This document shows positions 25,534 through 30,759 of a stretch of DNA of 30,759 nucleotides, piece after piece; within the stretch, counting starts at the first letter, position 1, and every line of letters starts with the position of its first letter. Location of the stretch: positions 1 to 30,759 of the forward strand of contig CAYTBD010000002.1 in assembly GCA_964435755.1 (NCBI GenBank), given 5' to 3'. A program made the translations under genes and the position numbers. Origin of the DNA: an uncultured Rhodobacterales bacterium. GTDB taxonomy: Bacteria > Pseudomonadota > Alphaproteobacteria > Rhodobacterales > Rhodobacteraceae. The notes below the pieces were generated by a model. That model was given only the letters and a program-made list of their open reading frames with translations. It was not told the DNA's origin and made no database searches.

Positions 25534-26676
25534 TCAGTCGACGAGAGTCCAGGCGCCGTCGCGGATCTCCAGCATCAGGAAGTCCCCGGTGTCGAGACCG
25601 AGGTGATCCTCGGGCGACATGTTGACGATGCCGGTGGTCCCCACGAGGCCCTCGGTCTGCTCGATCGCGTCGCGGATCGCCTGCGGATCGCTGGACCCGG
25701 CGCGCTCGATGGAGTCCTTGAGGATCATCATGGCGTCGTGAGCGTAGCCGCCGAAGGTGGAGACCGGCTCGCCATAGGCCTCCTCGTACGCCGTCTTGTA
25801 GCTCATGACGACTTCGCGCTGCGGATGGTCCTCCGGCAGGCCCTCTCCCACCAGAAGCGCGGTGCCGGGCAGGCGCACGCCCTCGGCCGCCTCGGCTCCG
25901 GCGAGCTCGATGAAGCTGTTGGAGGCCACGCCGTGCGACTGGTAGAGCGGCATGTCCAGCGCGAGCTGCGAGAAGTTCCGCGTGACGATGGCCGGGCCCT
26001 GTCCGAAGCCCGGGTTCAGAACCGCCTGCACGCCCTCGGTATTCCTGATGTTGGTCAGCTGCGGCGTCATGTCGGCGTCGCGCGGCCCGTACCGTTCGTC
26101 GGCCAGCACCTCGATACCGTAGTCGTCCACGACGTCCAGGCACTGCTCGCGCATCGAGTTGCCGAAGCCGCCGGTCCCCGAGATCATCCCGATCTGCGTG
26201 ATGTCCCGGGCCTGCATGTCCTCGAAGATCTTCTGGCAGGCCATCCGGTCTGTATGCGGCGTCTTGAAGACGTAGTCCTTGACCGGGTCGACGATGACGA
26301 TGGCCCCTGCGAGCGAGATGAAGGGCACTTCCTCGGCCTCGACCATCGGCACCATCGCCATGGTCGTGCCGGTGGTGGTGCCGCCGATGATCGCGTCCAC
26401 CTCGTCGTCCTCGATCAGACGTGTGGCGAAGGTCCGTGCCTTGTTCGCATCGCCGCCGTCATCATACATTATGAGGTCGACCTGCTCGCCGTTGATGCCG
26501 CCCTCCTCGTTGATCCGCTCGACGAGCATCTCCAGCGTCTTGGCCTCGGGATCGCCGAGGAAGCTTGCCGGGCCGGTCTCCGACAGCGTCGCGCCGAGGC
26601 GGATTTCGGCTTGCGCCGCGCCGGCGAGCCCGAGCGCCGCGAGAGCGGCGATAGCGGTGGTGGTCCGAGTCTTCAT
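25534..26676 (-). CDS. HAAT/Liv-type ABC substrate-binding protein, probably for an aromatic acid, 380 aa
   Basis: Signal peptide (MKTRTTT...AAQA), IRLGATLSETGPASFLG, YDDGGD, IIGGTTT and TFGGYAHDA (type I PBP fold). RBS GGGAGGAG; located inside the paaN operon. Confidence 0.9.
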   Translation of the reverse strand: MKTRTTTAIAALAALGLAGAAQAEIRLGATLSETGPASFLGDPEAKTLEMLVERINEEGGINGEQVDLIMYDDGGDANKARTFATRLIEDDEVDAIIGGTTTGTTMAMVPMVEAEEVPFISLAGAIVIVDPVKDYVFKTPHTDRMACQKIFEDMQARDITQIGMISGTGGFGNSMREQCLDVVDDYGIEVLADERYGPRDADMTPQLTNIRNTEGVQAVLNPGFGQGPAIVTRNFSQLALDMPLYQSHGVASNSFIELAGAEAAEGVRLPGTALLVGEGLPEDHPQREVVMSYKTAYEEAYGEPVSTFGGYAHDAMMILKDSIERAGSSDPQAIRDAIEQTEGLVGTTGIVNMSPEDHLGLDTGDFLMLEIRDGAWTLVD

Positions 26677-26712
26677 TTGGGTCTCCTCCCTGAGATTGAC
26701 CTGTGGACGGCC

Positions 26713-28362
26713 TCAGGCCGCCTTGGGGCGCCGCCACATGGCGACGCGGAACCGGTTGGCGACGAAGGCGGCGTCGGTCAGGCTCGCATTGCCCGCCGGA
26801 TTCGCGCCGGTTACGTGATAATCGCTGAAGGCCGCGCTCTGGTTCACGAAGATGTTGCCGGTCAGATTGATCGACAGGTTCGTGCCCGCCGCGGCAAAGA
26901 CGTCGACCGCGCGCCCGATCCGCGCCTCGTCGGTGTCGTAGAGCGCCGCGGTTATGGCGCCGCGGGTCCGCGCGAGCCGCGCGGCCTCGGCGATGCCGGC
27001 CTCGGCGTCCTGCGCCGCGACGATGAAGCTGATCGGACCGAAGCGCTCCTCGTCATAGGACGGATCACCCTGCTCCACAGCCAGAATCAGCGGCGTGGCA
27101 CTCCGCTCCTCGCCCAGCGGCGCGCTGTCGCGCACGATCCGACCCAGCCCGCGCGCCGCCTTGATCCGCTCGAGCGTTGCGGGGTTGGCCAGAGCGCCGC
27201 AGACAGCCGAGGCGCGCGCCGGATCGTCGAGCAGCGCATCGACCGCATGGGCGATGCCCTGGGCCACGGCGTCGAAGCTCTTGTGGCCCTGATCGGTGTC
27301 GATCCCGTCCTTCGGCACGAAAAGGTTCTGTGGCGCGGTGCACATCTGCCCTGAATAGAGCGCGAGGGAGAAGGCGATATTCGCGCACATGCCCGCGAAG
27401 TCGTCGGTCCCGGCGATGACGACCGAGTTGACGCCCGTCTCTTCGGTATAGACCTGTGCGCCCCCGGCGTTGGCCCGCACCCAGGCGCCGAAGGCGCTGG
27501 AGCCCGTGTAGTCTATGATTTCGACGGCTTCCTGCGTGACGAGCGCCTGCGTGATCTCCTCACCGGGAGTGTCCGGAGCAAGCAGGATCGCGTCCGGCGG
27601 CAGCCCCTGCTCGGCCAGCACCTCCCGCGCCACCTTCACCGTCAGCGCGAGCGGCAGGATCGCGCCGGGATGCGGCTTCACGATCACCGTATTGCCGGTG
27701 GCGAGGCTCGCGAAGAGGCCCGGGTAACTGTTCCAAGTCGGGAAGGTGTTGCAGGCGATGACAAGCGCCACGCCACGCGGGACGATGCGCCAGTGCTTTT
27801 CCAGCAGGATGGGCGCGGCCTTGCCCTGCGGCTTCTCCCAGAGGGCCTCGGCCGGCGTGCGGCTCATCTCGGACCAGGCCATCGCGACGGCCTCCAGCCC
27901 GCGATCCTGCGCATGCGGGCCTCCCGCCTGGAATGCCATGGGGAAGGCCTGCCCGGTCGTGTGCTGGGTGGCGTGCCCGATCTCGAAACTCATCGCGTTG
28001 AGCCGGACGAGAATCTCCAGGCAGACGCCGATGCGCAACTCCGGATCGGCCGCCGCCCAGTCCGGCGCCGCCGCCAGGCTCGCCGCGATCAACGTTCTGG
28101 GGTCAGCCGCTGGATAGTCGATACCGAGGTCACGCCCCCACGGAGAGACCTCGGCGCCGGTGCGCCGCTGCTCGGGATGGCCAGGGAGGTCAAAGGCTGT
28201 GCCGAGGCGCGCATCATGGGCCGCCTGCCCGTCCGCCTTGGCGCTCTCGCCGTAGATCTTCCCGCTGGGTGTCTCGGGAAACGGAGTCCAGAACTCCCGC
28301 GTCCGCAGCGCCTCGAGCGCCCGGTTCAGCAGGCCGGCATGCTTTTCGTACAGGTCGCTCAA
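26713..28362 (-). CDS. paaN: Phenylacetic acid degradation aldehyde dehydrogenase PaaN, 549 aa, TTG start
   Basis: QAFPMAFQAGGPHAQDRGLEAV, CNTFPTWNSYPGLFASLATGN, DYTGS, catalytic SLYSGQMCTAPQN, EERFGP and VNQSAAFSDYH. TTG at 28362 follows GGAGGAGAGG. Confidence 0.93.
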   Translation of the reverse strand: MSDLYEKHAGLLNRALEALRTREFWTPFPETPSGKIYGESAKADGQAAHDARLGTAFDLPGHPEQRRTGAEVSPWGRDLGIDYPAADPRTLIAASLAAAPDWAAADPELRIGVCLEILVRLNAMSFEIGHATQHTTGQAFPMAFQAGGPHAQDRGLEAVAMAWSEMSRTPAEALWEKPQGKAAPILLEKHWRIVPRGVALVIACNTFPTWNSYPGLFASLATGNTVIVKPHPGAILPLALTVKVAREVLAEQGLPPDAILLAPDTPGEEITQALVTQEAVEIIDYTGSSAFGAWVRANAGGAQVYTEETGVNSVVIAGTDDFAGMCANIAFSLALYSGQMCTAPQNLFVPKDGIDTDQGHKSFDAVAQGIAHAVDALLDDPARASAVCGALANPATLERIKAARGLGRIVRDSAPLGEERSATPLILAVEQGDPSYDEERFGPISFIVAAQDAEAGIAEAARLARTRGAITAALYDTDEARIGRAVDVFAAAGTNLSINLTGNIFVNQSAAFSDYHVTGANPAGNASLTDAAFVANRFRVAMWRRPKAA

Positions 28363-28390
28363 GCCTTCCTCTCCTCCGCGAGTCAGCTTT

Positions 28391-28419
28391 ATAATTGACT
28401 GACCGGTCGGTTTATGCAA
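28391..28419 (-). promoter_or_regulatory. Putative sigma70-type promoter for paaN operon: TTGCAT-N17-AATTAT
   Basis: -35 at 28419-28414, -10 at 28396-28391 keeps A(-11) and T(-7); lies in an AT-rich patch within GC-rich DNA. Confidence 0.5.
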
Positions 28420-28422
28420 CTT
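28395..28422 (+). promoter_or_regulatory. Putative sigma70-type promoter for paaG-I-K: TTGACT-N16-CAACTT
   Basis: Good -35 at 28395-28400; weak -10 at 28417-28422 with only A(-11) and T(-7) matching. Confidence 0.4.
28398..28411. promoter_or_regulatory. PaaR-like (TetR-family) operator palindrome ACTGACCGGTCGGT
   Basis: 14-bp palindrome with one mismatch, matching ACCGA-N4-TCGGT as I recall it for TetR-type PaaR; located between the divergent paa operons. Confidence 0.75.
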
Positions 28423-28472
28423 CTTTTTGCCGACGGAGGCCGCCGGCGGGGTGGCCGCAAGGGGAGGATGCC

Positions 28473-29267
28473 GTGACACGGTCGGATACGGTTCTGGTGG
28501 CGCGCGAGGCGGGCGTGCTCACGCTCACGCTCAACCGCCCTGACAGGCTCAATTCCTTCAACGAGGAAATGCACCTCGCCCTGCGCGCGGGCTTCGAGAG
28601 CGCACGCGATGACGCTGCCGTGCGTGCCGTGCTGCTGACCGGTGCCGGACGGGGATTCAGCGCCGGGCAGGACCTGGGCGATCGCGATCCACGGAAGATG
28701 GAGGGGCCGCCCGATCTCGGCGAAACGCTCGAGCGGTTCTACAACCCGACCCTCCGGCTCATCCGCAGTCTCGAAAAGCCCGTCATCTGCGCCGTCAACG
28801 GCGTCGCCGCCGGGGCAGGAGCGAACATCGCCATGGCATGCGACATCGTCATCGCCGCCCGCTCCGCGAAGTTCATCCAGGCTTTCTCCAAGATCGGGCT
28901 TCTGCCCGACTCGGGCGGCACGTGGTCGCTGCCCCGGCTGCTGGGCGAAGCCCGAGCCAAGGCGCTCGCGCTCACCGCCGAACCGCTGACGGCCGATACC
29001 GCGGCCGACTGGGGGCTGATCTGGAAGGCGGTGGACGACGAGGCGCTGATGGACGAGGCCCGTGCGCTTGCCGAAGGCCTCGCGCAGGGTCCCACCGCGG
29101 GCCTCGCCAAGATCAAGCACGCGATTCACAGCGCCGCGACGAACAGCTTCGACGAACAACTCGATCTTGAACGGGATCTGCAACGCGCGGCTGGCCGCAG
29201 CGCCGACTACGCCGAAGGCGTCGCCGCATTCCTTGAGAAGCGTGCACCCGTGTTCGAGGGAAGATAG
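28473..29267 (+). CDS. paaG: 2-(1,2-epoxy-1,2-dihydrophenyl)acetyl-CoA isomerase PaaG, 264 aa
   Basis: LTLNRPDRLNSF, GRGFSAGQDL, AVNGVAAGAGANIA, GLLPDSGGTW (Asp-type crotonase), DYAEGVAAF. GTG at 28473 after GGGGAGG. Confidence 0.93.
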   Translation: MTRSDTVLVAREAGVLTLTLNRPDRLNSFNEEMHLALRAGFESARDDAAVRAVLLTGAGRGFSAGQDLGDRDPRKMEGPPDLGETLERFYNPTLRLIRSLEKPVICAVNGVAAGAGANIAMACDIVIAARSAKFIQAFSKIGLLPDSGGTWSLPRLLGEARAKALALTAEPLTADTAADWGLIWKAVDDEALMDEARALAEGLAQGPTAGLAKIKHAIHSAATNSFDEQLDLERDLQRAAGRSADYAEGVAAFLEKRAPVFEGR

Positions 29268-29714
29268 ATGAGCAGCGCCGGACCGAGCCCCGAAGCGATC
29301 GCGCGCGCCTGCGCCGAGACGATGTACAACGACGATAGCGCCTCGCAGCGCCTCGGCATGACCTTCGACGAGATCGCGCCAGGCCGCGCCACGCTCTCGA
29401 TGACGATCACCGGAGAGATGTCGAACGGCCACGCGACGGCGCATGGCGGTTACATCTTCACCCTCGCCGACAGCGCCTTCGCCTTCGCATGCAATGGCTA
29501 CAACCAGCGCACCGTCGCCCAGCACGCCGCCATCACCTACATCGCGCCGGCCTTCGTCGGCGACCGGCTGACCGCGCGGGCAGTCGAGGTCCATCGCAAG
29601 GGCCGGGGCGGGATCTACGATGTCCACGTGACCAACCAGAACGGCGAGCCGGTGGCCGAATTCCGCGGCCATTCGCGCACCGTCAAGGGCACCCATCTGC
29701 CCGAGACAGACTGA
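29268..29714 (+). CDS. paaI: Hot-dog-fold thioesterase PaaI, 148 aa
   Basis: NGHATAHGGYIFTLADSAFAFACN, GIYDV and VAEFRGHSR motifs; directly abuts paaG. Confidence 0.95.
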   Translation: MSSAGPSPEAIARACAETMYNDDSASQRLGMTFDEIAPGRATLSMTITGEMSNGHATAHGGYIFTLADSAFAFACNGYNQRTVAQHAAITYIAPAFVGDRLTARAVEVHRKGRGGIYDVHVTNQNGEPVAEFRGHSRTVKGTHLPETD

Positions 29715-29747
29715 TTCCCTGCAAGAGGCAAGAGGGAGGAGACCGAC

Positions 29748-30759
29748 ATGAGAGACCTGACCCCCAACCCCGAATCGCTCGATCCGATCGAGACCGCCTC
29801 GCGGGACGAGATCACGGCGCTCCAGCTCGACCGGCTGAGATGGTCGCTGCGCCATGCCTACGAAGGCTCCGCGTTCTACCGCCGGCGCTTCGACGAGGCG
29901 GGCGTTCACCCCGACGACCTGGAGAGCCTCTCTGATCTGGCGAAGTTTCCGTTCACCACCAAGGCCGATCTGCGAGACACCTATCCCTTCGGGATGTTCG
30001 CGGTCCCGCGCGAACAGCTTTGCCGCATCCACGCCTCCTCCGGCACCACGGGCAAGCCGACGATCGTCGGGTACACGAAGAACGACATCGACACCTGGTC
30101 GGATCTCGTGGCCCGCTCGATCCGCGCATCCGGTGGCCGTGCCGGAGACATCTGTCACATTGCCTACGGCTATGGCCTGTTCACCGGCGGGCTCGGCGCG
30201 CATTACGGCGCAGAGCGGCTCGGCTGCACCGTCGTCCCCGTTTCGGGCGGCATGACCGAGAGGCAGGTGACCCTGCTGCAGGACTTCAAGCCGCGCATCA
30301 TCATGGTGACGCCGTCCTACATGCTCTCGATCCTGGACGAGTTCCGCCGCCAGGGCATCGATCCTAGGGAAAGCTCCATCGAAGTCGGCATCTTCGGCGC
30401 CGAGCCCTGGACGAACGCCATGCGCGGCGAGATCGAGGCGGCTTTCGACATGCATGCCGTGGACATCTACGGCCTGTCGGAAGTGATGGGTCCGGGCGTC
30501 GCCAACGAGTGCGTCGAGACCAAGGACGGTCTGCATCTCTGGGAAGATCACTTCTACCCCGAGATCATCGACCCCCAGACCGGCGACGTGCTGCCGGACG
30601 GCGAGATGGGCGAACTGGTGTTCACCACGCTGACGAAGGAAGGTCTGCCGATGGTGCGGTACCGCACCCGCGACCTCACCCGCCTGCTGCCGGGCACCGC
30701 GAGATCGATGCGTCGGATGGAGAAGATCACAGGCCGCTCGGACGACATGATCATCCTGC
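29748..30759 (+). CDS. paaK: Phenylacetate-CoA ligase PaaK, 3'-truncated by the window edge; absent from the ORF track
   Basis: Translated by hand: ATG at 29748 after GGGAGGAG; YPFGMFAVP, HASSGTTGKP (P-loop), YGYGLFTGGLG, GIFGAEPW, DIYGLSE and RYRTRD; open to the last base. Confidence 0.96.
   Translation, partial: MRDLTPNPESLDPIETASRDEITALQLDRLRWSLRHAYEGSAFYRRRFDEAGVHPDDLESLSDLAKFPFTTKADLRDTYPFGMFAVPREQLCRIHASSGTTGKPTIVGYTKNDIDTWSDLVARSIRASGGRAGDICHIAYGYGLFTGGLGAHYGAERLGCTVVPVSGGMTERQVTLLQDFKPRIIMVTPSYMLSILDEFRRQGIDPRESSIEVGIFGAEPWTNAMRGEIEAAFDMHAVDIYGLSEVMGPGVANECVETKDGLHLWEDHFYPEIIDPQTGDVLPDGEMGELVFTTLTKEGLPMVRYRTRDLTRLLPGTARSMRRMEKITGRSDDMIIL

Noticed and set aside
24556-27354. Very long antisense or alternative-frame ORFs (e.g. 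24556..27354 +, 7058..9319 -, 20053..22233 +, 28389..30551 -, 2474..4384 +, 9285..10796 -)
   Set aside because: They overlap well-supported genes, are rich in Arg/Gly/Ala/Pro/His with no family motifs, and are expected shadow ORFs in high-GC DNA where stop codons are rare.
28471-28487. Possible second PaaR site at the paaG start (CCGTGACACGGTCGGAT)
   Set aside because: Only the right half-site (CGGTCGG) matches and the spacing is off by one.
1-30759. rRNA, tRNA, CRISPR arrays, integrases, defence or toxin-antitoxin genes
   Set aside because: No cloverleaf or rRNA-like segments, no regularly spaced repeats and no such protein motifs were seen; intergenic gaps are too short for an array.

Overview
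GC-rich, gene-dense bacterial DNA. Gene content and promoter motifs suggest an alphaproteobacterium, probably Rhodobacterales-like (inference). Left to right: (1) the end of a peptide/nickel-type ABC operon (two ATPases); (2) a ~4.3 kb block (1490-5775) with two small single-TM proteins not called correctly in the ORF track, trkH-trkA, an FNT-family channel and an MgtC/SapB protein, where each transcription unit is preceded by a GGAAC-N16/17-CGTT-like motif (sigma-EcfG/general-stress type); (3) polysaccharide precursor genes (UDP-glucuronate epimerase-like, priming sugar transferase, manB, manC); (4) a decayed IS3-family left end; (5) YihY/BrkB and alpha/beta-hydrolase genes; (6) an eight-gene, translationally coupled Mrp-like operon in the order E-F-G-B-C-D-D-D, with no mrpA and a last D-like subunit lacking the conserved TM5 glutamate; (7) a phenylacetate catabolic region: paaN + five-gene HAAT/Liv-type ABC importer + fused enoyl-CoA hydratase/3-hydroxyacyl-CoA dehydrogenase, divergent from paaG-paaI-paaK (paaK runs off the window), with a PaaR-like palindrome between overlapping promoters. 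No rRNA, tRNA or CRISPR array was seen. Most long ORFs in the track are GC-rich shadow ORFs or over-extended real genes. All assignments are from motif recognition by eye; no database searches were run.
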